This document shows, piece by piece, positions 10,966 to 21,061 of a stretch of 64,000 nt of DNA. The stretch is from Dehalococcoidia bacterium (GTDB lineage: Bacteria > Chloroflexota > Dehalococcoidia > GIF9 > AB-539-J10): contig JBATUN010000021.1 of the NCBI GenBank assembly GCA_049671165.1, forward strand, positions 35,623 to 99,622. The letters are read 5' to 3'. The position numbers and the translations under genes were made by a program. The notes beneath the pieces were generated by a model, which saw only the letters and a list, made by a program, of their open reading frames with translations, was not told where the DNA came from and made no database searches. Position 1 is the first letter of the stretch, and each line of letters opens with the position of its first letter.

Positions 10966-11234
10966 ATCCTTCTGAGCCGAGGGCGACAAATCTTTCCTCT
11001 CCTCGGCCGTGTCCTGAGCGAAGCCGAGGAGATAAACTCCGCGTGGCAATCCGATTGACAGGCGTCAGAGTCAGTCGGCTCATCGCGTGTGCCGGTAGAA
11101 TGACATCAAAAGAGCCGACCGTGCTCTGCACAGTCGGCTCCGAGCGTGACCAGCGTCATGCCCCATGCTGAGTTGGAGTCTCACCTGCTGTTGCCGATCG
11201 AACTCCTCCGTACAACCCAGCACTCTACATCACA

Positions 11235-12785
11235 CTAGTTCCGCCACATATCTCCAGTAACTTCAACCACCCAAACAATGGGGTCAATCAGGAGTTCCCT
11301 CACCAACATGCTGGCAAAGTTATGTTCTGATATGAAGTCTGCGATAGGCGGGCTGACTTGATAGTAAAGGTCAACAAATCGGGAGCCCACGGTGCTTTTC
11401 AGCAACACGTCATCTCTGAAGTCTCGCAACAGATCTGGCTGTTTGGCAGTGGAAGTTCCATAGGCTGCGGTGGCGATGAAGCACCAGCCGGAAGGCTCTT
11501 CTGGCTCCTCTGGCTCCTCTTCTGATTTAACCTGGAAATTGGCTGTGATTGCGTAATCTCTGTTCGGGGTGATGGTCATAGTGGTTGTGGCGGCATCGAC
11601 ATCCGCGATGGTACTCACATCGCCAGTCCAGTTGACAAACTCCCAGCTACTGCTCTTTGGCACGCCCTCTAGGTCGACCACAGTGTCACCGGTGCCGGCA
11701 CCGAAGAACATATAAGCTCCGGTGCTTTCGACATTGGCGAACGTATTCTGGCCAGGTGTGCTTACATCGCCACCGAGAGTACTGCTTATTTCCAGGTAAT
11801 ATTTTTCCGGTGGCAGGTGTTTCCATATTAGTGCGCTGCCGTCGATATGAGTGGTAACGGCGCCAACATACGACGAATATAGCAGCCCGCCTGGCCAAGT
11901 ATGCCCACCGCCTTCAACCTTAAACAGTATCACTTCGGTCCCGTCCGTTCCCCCGCTGTAAACATAGCGATGAACTACGGTCGAGTCTCGGCTAGTTGGT
12001 CCCCATACAGTTTCCACCGGCTCGGATGCGATGTTATCGACGTCAAGCCAGGAATTGACGGTATCATCCATAGAACCATATGCATAAGCTGAGCCATCAT
12101 AATTAACGATCGGGTCGGCTGTGCCCATCATCATTATCACGGTTAGCGGAGGGACGCCTTCAAATTCAAACCCATTTACCGTCATTGGTGAACAAACTGG
12201 TGCGATGCCTGCAAATGTGCCCGGCAGCATGAGAGCCACATAGTATGAAAACATAGCGCCATTGGACATCCCCGTGACGTAAATACGGTTTTCATCAATG
12301 TTATGGTTAGTTTCAAACCAGTCGACCATGTCGGAAACAAATCCTACATCATCAATATCTGCACAATATTGTAAGGTCCAGTTTAAGCCAATATTCCACA
12401 TGATGTTAGCACCGGGGAGGTCTGGTAAATACTGTGCACAGTCGGGATAATCCTCCGGATCTAATGCTGTCGCTTTCGGAAACACAGCAATGAGTCCTTC
12501 TTGTTCGGCAAGTGCGTCAAAGCTAGTCAGTTCGATCTGGCCTTCTGGGTCACTGCCCAGCCCATGAAACGAGAACAACAGCGGGACCGCTTCTGACCCG
12601 TCGTAACTGGACGGAATATAGTATTCATAAGTACGATTATACGTGATGTTATTCCCACCGAGTTCCAGCATCCAACCCGTGTGGAGTCCAGATGAGTATT
12701 CTTGGCCGACGACAGTACTCCCCACGGGCACCATCATCACGACAATTGCCAAGACAGCGATAATGCAATATTTCTTTGAAGCCAT
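11235..12785 (-). CDS. secreted esterase (PHB-depolymerase / feruloyl-esterase family) with acidic linker and CFIATAAYG-type C-terminal tail
   Basis: Signal peptide; FHGLGSD...GMSNG (GxSxG) esterase core; C-terminal EEPEEPEEPSGWCFIATAAYG. Confidence 0.75.
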   Translation of the reverse strand: MASKKYCIIAVLAIVVMMVPVGSTVVGQEYSSGLHTGWMLELGGNNITYNRTYEYYIPSSYDGSEAVPLLFSFHGLGSDPEGQIELTSFDALAEQEGLIAVFPKATALDPEDYPDCAQYLPDLPGANIMWNIGLNWTLQYCADIDDVGFVSDMVDWFETNHNIDENRIYVTGMSNGAMFSYYVALMLPGTFAGIAPVCSPMTVNGFEFEGVPPLTVIMMMGTADPIVNYDGSAYAYGSMDDTVNSWLDVDNIASEPVETVWGPTSRDSTVVHRYVYSGGTDGTEVILFKVEGGGHTWPGGLLYSSYVGAVTTHIDGSALIWKHLPPEKYYLEISSTLGGDVSTPGQNTFANVESTGAYMFFGAGTGDTVVDLEGVPKSSSWEFVNWTGDVSTIADVDAATTTMTITPNRDYAITANFQVKSEEEPEEPEEPSGWCFIATAAYGTSTAKQPDLLRDFRDDVLLKSTVGSRFVDLYYQVSPPIADFISEHNFASMLVRELLIDPIVWVVEVTGDMWRN

Positions 12786-13349
12786 TTTTCCTCCTCCCTT
12801 TTGGATTCTCTTTACATAAAAAGCCTGATAAAGGTCACAGAACCATATTTACCCAATAATCCTCACCTCCTTCATAGTATGTATCTATGAAATGCCAGCA
12901 ACTATTGCTTAGAAAGTCATGCGCACAGCTTTTCGGGAGGTTTCACATTACGGTACTCTACAGATTGCTGCAGATGGTATTTCTTCATTATAAGAAGGAT
13001 ATGAGGAGACCTTTCCTTATTTACATAGTCTTAATGAAAATGCTAGCAGATTTTTGCTTTGAATGTCAACGGCCAACGCTGGATAGTTGCTGCGCCGCAC
13101 TTGCCCCGGGGCGTACGCTTCGTGACCACACCCACCCAGTCTGACATACCGAGATAGACACGCCCTTCGCCCTCGCCAACGGCACCCGCCCCAACCGCAG
13201 CGCAGGGAGCATCCCCGGCGGCTTTGTTTTGAGCTATGTGGCGTACAGAAGGAGGTCATTTTTACCTTGTCTTATCATGAATTTGGCATCTAGGCGATGA
13301 CGTTCCCTTTTACCAACTACTAGGGCTTCGGTGTAGTTCTGTGTTCTGC

Positions 13350-14126
13350 TTAGAACGGGAAATAGGGGAGCACATTGGCAGGGAACAGGGCCAGGAGGAT
13401 GCCGATAATTGCCGGCCACTGGGCAAGGTATAACACCAGCGGGTGTCTTCCCGGCAAAGTCAGCGTTGAGGTAACAGGGTCGTTGAATTCATGAATATTG
13501 AATCGTCTGTTTCCTTGCGGGTATAGCATTTTGCCACAGAACATCCCCACAAGGAAGAGGCCAAACCACGGCAGCAGGGGCCAGTAGTCCATCGTCCAAA
13601 AACCGCGCGGCAACAACCCCAGCCAGAGCAGCCAGGGAAAGTCAACAAGAACCCTCTGTTCCTGCAAGTAAATGCCTATTGCCATCAGAGCAGCACCCAG
13701 TAGCAGATTGATGAAGCGGAATCTTGTAAAGAAAGGGGCGAGCATGAATGCAATCCCGAAGAAGTGAAGTATGCCAAATCGGACGTACCCTGTTCTGGAG
13801 ATCAGCCATGTAATCAGAGTAATCCCCATGCCCCAGGCGAATATCTTCAAGCCTCTGAGCATAAAGCCGGAGATTCTCTTTGACCTGGAATCAGTGATTG
13901 TGAGCGATATTCCCGCGACGAAGATGAAAGTCCCTCCGGTCACTCTGGGAAACCACCACCAGAACCCATGAGGCGAAGCAGGCACGCCGGTGTTCTGGAT
14001 GTCAAAGTAGTTAAGTAGATAGAGCGTGTGGAAGGTTATCATCATTGCTATGGCGACGGTGCGTAAGAGGTCTATCTCCCAGAAACGGCTACGCCTGGTT
14101 GTGCTGGTCTGAGCGGTATCTGCCAT
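13350..14126 (-). CDS. DUF1624-family (HGSNAT-like acyltransferase) polytopic membrane protein
   Basis: WEIDLLRTVAIAMMI N-terminal motif; multiple predicted TM helices. Confidence 0.6.
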   Translation of the reverse strand: MADTAQTSTTRRSRFWEIDLLRTVAIAMMITFHTLYLLNYFDIQNTGVPASPHGFWWWFPRVTGGTFIFVAGISLTITDSRSKRISGFMLRGLKIFAWGMGITLITWLISRTGYVRFGILHFFGIAFMLAPFFTRFRFINLLLGAALMAIGIYLQEQRVLVDFPWLLWLGLLPRGFWTMDYWPLLPWFGLFLVGMFCGKMLYPQGNRRFNIHEFNDPVTSTLTLPGRHPLVLYLAQWPAIIGILLALFPANVLPYFPF

Positions 14127-14194
14127 CTGTCAAGCTTTCCGGCATGATTCTATCACGTTTTGATGATTGGGCGTTGGCGTTGTTTAAGAGCTCG

Positions 14195-14231
14195 GCGAAG
14201 CCATAGTATAATAAGGCTGTGGCCAAGGAGA
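14195..14231. repeat. 37-bp copy of the polA promoter/5' end (gcgaagccatagtataataaggctgtggccaaggag)
   Basis: 33/37 identical to 16301-16337, which includes the polA GTG start. Confidence 0.55.
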
Positions 14232-14601
14232 TTGACAACTATACAAGTCAAGAACGGTCTAAATAGGGAGCTTATTACATGGATGCTATACCTAGGGAAA
14301 TGGCTCTGCAACTGTGTGCTGAAATCCGTGAGGAGAATCGTGGTAAGTGGTATAGATTTGCTCACATGCAGTGCTTGGGGCTGCATGACCTATGCTAAAG
14401 GGAACACTGACAAGATGTGTTTAAGTAGCTAGGAAGGTTATCGTGGCTGCAATCTAATCAACAAACGCTATGTCCAACGGTCGGCGGATTGATTAGGAGT
14501 TCGGGGCAGTTGCTCTGCCCTCTCGCTAAAGCCAATTTTCGCCCTGAATAGTAAATGGCTAAAAAGTTAAAGTGGGGCAAGCAAATTAGCGGAAGTGAAT
14601 C

Positions 14602-15171
14602 ATGTTGCCTATACCAGCCTCTGAGATAGGTGTCTGGAACGCCTGGATTTTCATGCTTGTTGATGCATTAACTATTCCTGTCTTCCTGCGTATTGTTAAA
14701 AATAGACAGTCACCCTCCCCAGACAAGGCAATGGCTGGCATGTCTAGGGTTGAGAAGATAATCCTCTACGCCTCAAAGGCAATGTTTGTTCCCGCCCTGA
14801 TATACTCTATTTTCCTGCCGTTAAAATTAGGGACGATGTGGTTCTACATAGGTCTGCCAATTACTTTAATAGGGTTAATTGCAGGCGTGATGGTCTTGGT
14901 GAATTGGGCTACTACCCCACCTGATGAGCCGGTTACCAGAGGACTATATCGTTATTCCAGACATCCAATGTATGTCGCCGCTTTTTTGACGTATGTAGGG
15001 TTGGGTATAGCCTGCGCTTCGTGGGTTTTTCTGTTGTTTGCTGTTGTATTTACAGTTGTTTCGTTTGTCTATGCCGATGCTGAAGAACAGCTAACTCTTG
15101 AGATGTACGGTGACCCGTATCGTGAATATATGAATAGGACCCCAAGATATATAGGGATACCGAAATCCTAA
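14602..15171 (+). CDS. isoprenylcysteine carboxyl methyltransferase (ICMT/PEMT) family membrane methyltransferase
   Basis: YRYSRHPMYVAAFL motif; multi-TM. Confidence 0.75.
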   Translation: MLPIPASEIGVWNAWIFMLVDALTIPVFLRIVKNRQSPSPDKAMAGMSRVEKIILYASKAMFVPALIYSIFLPLKLGTMWFYIGLPITLIGLIAGVMVLVNWATTPPDEPVTRGLYRYSRHPMYVAAFLTYVGLGIACASWVFLLFAVVFTVVSFVYADAEEQLTLEMYGDPYREYMNRTPRYIGIPKS

Positions 15172-15182
15172 TAAAGGAGGCC

Positions 15183-15623
15183 GTGAAAATTATGAGAGCT
15201 GATCCCAAGACAGAAGGCGCAGTGGTGAACATAGTCAAACAGGGCTTTGAAGCATTCACAAAAAGAGACTTGGATGCAGTTCTAGCGTTCTTCGCGCCAG
15301 ACCCTGATGTGGTTGTCATTGGTACGGGAGGGGATGAGAAATGCGTCGGGCTTGCCGAGATTAGGAACATATTCGAACGTGCCTTTGCGCAATTCGAGGA
15401 AGCATCTTTTAAGTTCGGTTGGCATTCAGTCTCAGCGGCAGGTTCAGTGGCATTGCTGGCAACTGATGTTACCCTCTACGTGAAGACCAGTGACCGGCAA
15501 ATAAGTGAGCAAGTACGATTAACGGTTGTGCTTGAGCAGCGGGGAGACAGATGGCTCATCATACAGTGGCATGATTCTTTGCCGGCTGCTGGGCAGAAAG
15601 ATGGTCAAGCATTCGCAACCTAG
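15183..15623 (+). CDS. NTF2-like / SnoaL-like (DUF4440) protein
   Basis: 146 aa; FEAFTKRDLDAVLAFFAPD...IGTG pattern typical of SnoaL-like fold. Confidence 0.65.
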   Translation: MKIMRADPKTEGAVVNIVKQGFEAFTKRDLDAVLAFFAPDPDVVVIGTGGDEKCVGLAEIRNIFERAFAQFEEASFKFGWHSVSAAGSVALLATDVTLYVKTSDRQISEQVRLTVVLEQRGDRWLIIQWHDSLPAAGQKDGQAFAT

Positions 15624-15702
15624 TCTTTCTAGAGACAATAGTCCGTTAGATTACAACGCGCGTATTTTTATTCGGAAGATGGAGAAAAGGAAGTAAAACA
15701 TC

Positions 15703-16299
15703 ATGTTGCTTGTACCCGCTTTTCAAATAGGTGTCTGGAACGCCTGGATTTTTGTGATTTGGCCGTGGGTAGATATGCTCGCAGTAAGGCTTGTTGGGTT
15801 AGATGTATATCGGAGAGCGTCAGGGCTACCTTCTGAAATGAAAACTAGCCATCGATACAGGGTAGTCAGCTATGTATCTATGGTAATAGAGACTATGGCT
15901 GTCGCGTATTCCATTTTTTTACCACTCAAATTAGGCACAATATGGTTCTATGCCGGTCTTGCCATTTTCTTAACAGGCCTGGTGGTGCTTACGGCTGCTA
16001 CAGTTAACTTTGCCAGGACACCGATGGATGTACCGATCACCAGGGGGATATACCATTATTCGAGACACCCATTGTATTTAGCGTCGTTGTTGATATATTT
16101 TAGCGTTGGCATAGCTTCAGCCTCGTGGGTCTTTCTGTTGATTTTTGTGGTACAGTCAGTCTCGATAAGAATTGCGGCAGTTGGAGAGGAACGCTTCTGC
16201 CTTGGGAAATATGGCGACGCCTATCGTGAGTATATGAATAAGACGCCGAGATGGATAGGAATACCGAAATCGGGAGGAAGTGATCGGCAGGCAATGTAG
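15703..16299 (+). CDS. ICMT-family membrane methyltransferase, paralog of 14602-15171
   Basis: Shares QIGVWNAWIF...YSRHPLY...RTPRWIGIPKS with its neighbour. Confidence 0.75.
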   Translation: MLLVPAFQIGVWNAWIFVIWPWVDMLAVRLVGLDVYRRASGLPSEMKTSHRYRVVSYVSMVIETMAVAYSIFLPLKLGTIWFYAGLAIFLTGLVVLTAATVNFARTPMDVPITRGIYHYSRHPLYLASLLIYFSVGIASASWVFLLIFVVQSVSIRIAAVGEERFCLGKYGDAYREYMNKTPRWIGIPKSGGSDRQAM

Positions 16300-16300
16300 G

Positions 16301-16337
16301 GCGGAGCCATAGTATAATGAGGCTGTGGCCGAGGAAG
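16301..16337 (+). promoter_or_regulatory. polA promoter region (TATAAT at 16313-16318) running into the polA GTG start; second copy of the 37-bp repeat
   Basis: Direct repeat of 14195-14231. Confidence 0.45.
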
Positions 16338-19054
16338 AAAAACCGCTTTTGCTGCTCTTTGACGGCAATGCCCTGGTGCACCGCGCCTTTCATGCCCTGC
16401 CTCCGCTAACACAGCACAAGACCGGAGAGCTGGTAAATGCCGTCTACGGCTTTGCCAGTACCCTGCTCAAAGTAGTTGCTGATTTCAAGCCCACTCACTG
16501 GGCCATCGCCTTTGACCGTCCCACCCCGACCTTCAGACACGAAATGTTCGAGGAGTATAAGGCCCAGCGTCCGGCCACGCCTGAGGAATTGAAAAGCCAG
16601 ATAAAAAAGGTCCACCAGTTGGTGGAAGCTTTCCATATCCCCGTTTTTGAAATCGACGGCTTCGAGGCCGACGATGTCCTGGGCACGTTGAGCAGGCAGG
16701 CTGACGAGCAGGGCATTGAGACCATCATTGTTACCGGGGACAACGATATGCTGCAGTCTGTCTTGCCTCGAGTCAAAACCCTAGCTCCCAGGCGGACCTT
16801 CACCGACACCATCCTTTATGATGAAGAAACAGTAGAGCAGAAATATGGCATCAAGCCGGAACAACTCGCCGACCTGAAAGCGCTGGCCGGCGACGTCTCG
16901 GATAATATACCCGGTGTGCCGGGCGTCGGTGAGAAGACAGCCACTAAGTTACTTCAGCAGTACGGCAGTCTCCAGGCAATCTACGACCATATCGAAGACA
17001 TAACGCCGGCCAAGTTGCAGAACACGCTGCGCGAATATCGCACTCAGGCTTTCCAGAGCAAAGAGCTGTCCACAATAGTGAAAGATGTTCCTATCAAGCT
17101 GGACTTGAAAACCTGCCAGGTGAGCCACTATGACCGGAACGAGGTAGCCAGGCTTTTCCAGGAGCTTGAGTTCATTAACCTGCTTCCCAGGCTGCCCCAG
17201 ATGAAAGCTGAGGGCTCCCCCTCGGTAGGCGCAGGTCTTGTACCCGCGCACCCATCGGCAGTCAGGAGCCAAATAGTGAACAGCGAAACAGACTTGGAAC
17301 AGCTTGTAGGCGAACTGGAAAAAGCACAGGACCTTGCTATCGAAGTTGAGACTACTGGCGAAAAGGCTATGATGGCAGGTTTGATAGGGATGGCCATATC
17401 GCCAGGCCGAAGGGAGGCGTTCTATATACCTCTGGGCCACCAGGGTTTAAATCAGCCGCCGCAAATGCCGCTAGCCCAGGTCACAGCCCGGCTCAAACCA
17501 GTTTTGGAAAACGCCAGTGTAGGCAAGGTTGCCCATAACGGCAAGCATGTTATAGCGGTACTGGCTGGGTGCAGTGTGAAGCTTGAGAATTTGAATTTCG
17601 ACTCCATGCTCGCCGCTTATCTCCTGGGTGAAAAGAATCTAGGTCTTAAAGCTTTGGCCTTTAATAAACTGGGCGTCGAGCTTACAGCCCCCGCTGAATT
17701 AACCGGCACAGGAAAGAAACAAAGCTCCCTGGCCCTGCTAGACGCGAACCGAGTTGCCGGCCATGCCTGCGCCAGCGTGGATATCCTTTGGAGCCTAAAA
17801 GAGACTTTGGAAGCCGAGCTACGACAGCAAGGCTTGGGGCGGCTTTTCACCGAAGTAGAGATGGCTTTGGTCCCAGTGTTAGTAGCTATGGAAGATAATG
17901 GCATTCTTCTGGATACCGACCTGCTCCGTGAGATGTCCCTGGAGATGGGTAAGGAGCTGCTGAGGCTGGAGAAGGAAATCTATGGCAGCGTCGGGCACCA
18001 GTTTAATATCAACTCGCCCCAGCAATTGGGCAAGGTGCTTTTTGAGGACCTCAGGCTGCCCCAGTCCCGCAGAACGAAGACCGGCTATTCCACCGAAGCC
18101 TCGGTCATGGAAGCGTTGAGAGGCGTTCATCCCGTAATCGAATTCATACTGCAATACCGCCAGCTCAGTAAGCTCAAGTCAACCTATGTTGATGCCCTGC
18201 CCGCGCTTGTTAACCGTAAGACGGGGAGGGTGCACACCACCTTCAACCAGACAGGCACGACTACCGGCCGGCTTTCCTCCAGCGACCCCAACCTCCAGAA
18301 TATACCTATAAGGACTGAGATGGGGAATAAGATAAGAAAGGCCATCATAGCTCCGCCCGGGACATACCTTCTAAGTGCCGACTACTCCCAGATTGACCTC
18401 AGAGTCCTGGCTCACCTCTCTCAAGACTCCGGCCTCATTGCCGCCTTTGCCCGGGACGAGGATATACATGCCACGACCGCCTCTAAGCTCTTCGGCATCC
18501 CCAATGATGCAGTGACTCCCGAGATGCGCCGGAATGCCAAAACGGTCAATTTTGGAGTTATTTATGGTATGAGCGATTACGGATTGGAGCAAGCTACCAA
18601 TCTCAGCCGGGAGGAAGCCGCCCAATTCATCGCCCTGTATTTCGAGAAATATCCCAAGGTGAAGGCATATCTCGAGGCAACCAAGGAACAAGCTAGGAAG
18701 ATGGGCTATGTGCAAACAGTGTTGGGGAGGCGACGGTTCCTGCCCGAAATTAATTCTTCCAACCGGATGGTCAGGGAGGCGGCCGAGCGCATGGCTATAA
18801 ATGCCCCGGTGCAGGGCAGCTCTGCCGATATCATAAAAATCGCCATGATAAATCTGTACCGGGAAATGAAGAAGCGGGATCTGAAGAGCAAGATGTTGTT
18901 ACAAATACACGACGAATTGCTGTTCGAGGTGCCGGAGGGTGAGGTGGAGGAAATAAAGTCCCTGGTCAGCGAGCTTATGCCCCATGCCTTCGAGCTTTGT
19001 GTTCCTGTGAAGATAGACATCAAGCTGGGCAAGAACTGGGCCGAGATGGGATAG
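16325..19054 (+). CDS. polA: DNA polymerase I
   Basis: 909 aa; 5'-3' exonuclease N-domain (LLLFDGNALVHRAFHAL), 3'-5' exo domain, Klenow polymerase motifs (RRxAKxxNFGxxYG, HDEL). Confidence 0.95.
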   Translation: MAEEEKPLLLLFDGNALVHRAFHALPPLTQHKTGELVNAVYGFASTLLKVVADFKPTHWAIAFDRPTPTFRHEMFEEYKAQRPATPEELKSQIKKVHQLVEAFHIPVFEIDGFEADDVLGTLSRQADEQGIETIIVTGDNDMLQSVLPRVKTLAPRRTFTDTILYDEETVEQKYGIKPEQLADLKALAGDVSDNIPGVPGVGEKTATKLLQQYGSLQAIYDHIEDITPAKLQNTLREYRTQAFQSKELSTIVKDVPIKLDLKTCQVSHYDRNEVARLFQELEFINLLPRLPQMKAEGSPSVGAGLVPAHPSAVRSQIVNSETDLEQLVGELEKAQDLAIEVETTGEKAMMAGLIGMAISPGRREAFYIPLGHQGLNQPPQMPLAQVTARLKPVLENASVGKVAHNGKHVIAVLAGCSVKLENLNFDSMLAAYLLGEKNLGLKALAFNKLGVELTAPAELTGTGKKQSSLALLDANRVAGHACASVDILWSLKETLEAELRQQGLGRLFTEVEMALVPVLVAMEDNGILLDTDLLREMSLEMGKELLRLEKEIYGSVGHQFNINSPQQLGKVLFEDLRLPQSRRTKTGYSTEASVMEALRGVHPVIEFILQYRQLSKLKSTYVDALPALVNRKTGRVHTTFNQTGTTTGRLSSSDPNLQNIPIRTEMGNKIRKAIIAPPGTYLLSADYSQIDLRVLAHLSQDSGLIAAFARDEDIHATTASKLFGIPNDAVTPEMRRNAKTVNFGVIYGMSDYGLEQATNLSREEAAQFIALYFEKYPKVKAYLEATKEQARKMGYVQTVLGRRRFLPEINSSNRMVREAAERMAINAPVQGSSADIIKIAMINLYREMKKRDLKSKMLLQIHDELLFEVPEGEVEEIKSLVSELMPHAFELCVPVKIDIKLGKNWAEMG

Positions 19055-19281
19055 GTTAATAAATCCCAAATCCTACTATCCAAATCCTAAGCAAATTCAA
19101 AAGTCAAAGGCCAAAACAAGGCACACCTCGACACAAGCTCGGGTAAAGGGATTGTCATGAATCTTGTGTTATGATGTGGGGGAGGAGAGGTGATCAGGAA
19201 AGGATTGATGGATGAGATTGACGGGAAAAGGCAGCTTGATTTGGAGTCTGTGCTCGGCGAGGCATTGACAGAAAGGACGGC

Positions 19282-19971
19282 ATGATGAGCAAAGCAGTGG
19301 CCATAAATGGTAGCCCTCGAATGGAACGAGGGAATACAGCGATGGTTCTTAATCCTTTCGTTGAGGGCATGATGGATGCCGGGTCCCATGTCGAGCTGTT
19401 CTACGCGAGCCGCCTCAAAGTCAAGCCGTGCGCTTGCGGGACTATGTACTGCTGGACTGAGATGCCCGGAGAATGTTGCATCAAGGATAAGATGGAGCTG
19501 CTCTATCCAAGGCTGAAGGAGTCAGATATTCTTGTCCTGGCCACCCCGGTTTACATCCCCCTGCCTGGCGACATGCAGAACATCATAAACAGGCTTTGTC
19601 CTTTGCTTGATCCGGTGCTCGAGTTTCGCAAGGGACGCACGCGGGCGATATTTCGCAAGGATGGCCGGATCCGAGCAATCGTGCTTGTCTCCACGGGTGG
19701 CTGGTGGGAGAAAGGAAATTTTGGAACGGTAGTGCGTATCGTCAAAGAGCTCGCTGAAGATGCCAGTGTGAACTTCGCCGGGGCGGTGCTCCGACCGCAT
19801 GTCCACGCCATGAGACGGAAAGGAGAATTGACGCAGGACGGCAGAGCTGTTCTGAACGCAGTGCGAAAAGCGGGCTATGAGTTGGTCAAAGACGGTGCGA
19901 TGAAGCGGGAGACCCTCGCGGCGGTAAGCCGCCCGCTTATCTCCCGGGCCGAATTCTGGCGTGAATGGTGA
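19282..19971 (+). CDS. NADPH-dependent FMN reductase-like flavoprotein (iron-sulfur flavoprotein family)
   Basis: Flavodoxin-like AINGSPR...ATPVY pattern with Cys cluster CACGTMYC. Confidence 0.65.
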   Translation: MMSKAVAINGSPRMERGNTAMVLNPFVEGMMDAGSHVELFYASRLKVKPCACGTMYCWTEMPGECCIKDKMELLYPRLKESDILVLATPVYIPLPGDMQNIINRLCPLLDPVLEFRKGRTRAIFRKDGRIRAIVLVSTGGWWEKGNFGTVVRIVKELAEDASVNFAGAVLRPHVHAMRRKGELTQDGRAVLNAVRKAGYELVKDGAMKRETLAAVSRPLISRAEFWREW

Positions 19972-20079
19972 GCATCGTAAGTCTGAGTGTATTGCCGAGG
20001 GAGTTCGATCCTGGCTCCAGACCTGCTCGATGGAATGGCCGATTGAGTTATTGATGCCGTATTGCCACGCTAACCTGAA

Positions 20080-20199
20080 ATGCCGGAGCTACCTGAGGTA
20101 GAAACGATCAGGAACGAGCTTGCGCCCTGGATCGTGGGGCAAAGCTTCGCTCAGGTCACTATCCCCGATTCTGAGCTGGTGTGTGTTGTTTTGCTATGA
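20080..20199 (+). pseudogene. fpg 5' fragment (first ~35 codons, MPELPEVETIRNELAPWIVGQSF...) ending in a premature stop
   Basis: ~85% nt identity to the 5' end of the intact fpg at 21062; 39-aa ORF. Confidence 0.7.
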
Positions 20200-20231
20200 T
20201 GTGAATGAGGCAGGCAAGGAGGAGAGAGCCG

Positions 20232-20867
20232 ATGGATGAAATCAGTGTCAAGAATGTTACACAAGAGAACGTAGATGACCTGTGCCGGGTGTGTGTCACA
20301 TCCTGCGTAAGAGATGACCCTGACTGGATAAGAGGCGCGGCAGACAAAAAGAAATGGGCTGCTGAGATGTTACCCAAATGGGGTTCATTCGCCAAGGTAG
20401 CCTACGAGAATCGCAATCCAGCGGGGATGATTCAGTACCGGCCGTCTCCCGAGGAACGAGTTGTTCGTATTGACTGCATTTATGTCCCCGTTCAGAGTTG
20501 CTGGGGGAAAGGGATTGCAAGCCGGCTCTTGGGCAGCCTGATGGAAGATGTGCAAAAACCAATGAGCTGGTTCGATAATAGGCGACCATTGGCACTCGTG
20601 ACCACGACGTTTCCCGGCGGAGCCCCCGAACAATATACAGCCCGGGAGTTCTTCACCAGAAAAGGCTTCAAGCAGATAGGGGAAGACCCTGATTATCTGT
20701 ATTACCCTCTGCAGCCAGGTTTTGTCTACAAGCCTGCTGCCAAGAAAGAAGTAAGGTATGTTCCCCAGGATGAAGATAGGGATAAGGTTGTGATTGTTTG
20801 CGGCCCTGATTACTGCCCTGCCACCTACCCTTATTTTCTCAAGAGAATGGAGAGGTACGTCAGATAA
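20232..20867 (+). CDS. GNAT-family N-acetyltransferase-like protein
   Basis: AGGAGG ribosome-binding site before ATG 20232; IDCIYVPVQSCWGKGIASRLL resembles GNAT motif A. Confidence 0.55.
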   Translation: MDEISVKNVTQENVDDLCRVCVTSCVRDDPDWIRGAADKKKWAAEMLPKWGSFAKVAYENRNPAGMIQYRPSPEERVVRIDCIYVPVQSCWGKGIASRLLGSLMEDVQKPMSWFDNRRPLALVTTTFPGGAPEQYTAREFFTRKGFKQIGEDPDYLYYPLQPGFVYKPAAKKEVRYVPQDEDRDKVVIVCGPDYCPATYPYFLKRMERYVR

Positions 20868-21061
20868 ATATACCCGGACGTTCCTATCAGGTGGATAGAC
20901 TCGTCTGAAGAACCTGAAGAGCCAAGAAAGCGCAATATTGGTGTCGGGACCTGTATCGTGAATGCTAAGCTCATCAAATCCTATGTCCTTGACAAAGATA
21001 ACTTCCAGAAGGAAGTAAAGGCAGCGCTCGAGTAGAAGGGGCTCGACAGGGGGACCGAGAG

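Noticed and set aside
10678-11171. ORFs 10678-10920 (+), 10797-11171 (+), 10867-11049 (-) and 10937-11131 (-) lie inside the polX upstream gap
   Set aside because: They read through the palindromic repeat and hairpin tract. The Arg/Ser-rich low-complexity translations are typical repeat-derived pseudo-ORFs.
19990-20016. gagggagttcgatcctggctcc resembles a tRNA T-arm (GTTCGATCC)
   Set aside because: The flanking bases cannot form a 5-bp T-stem or an acceptor stem, so it is not a tRNA. At most it is an eroded att remnant.
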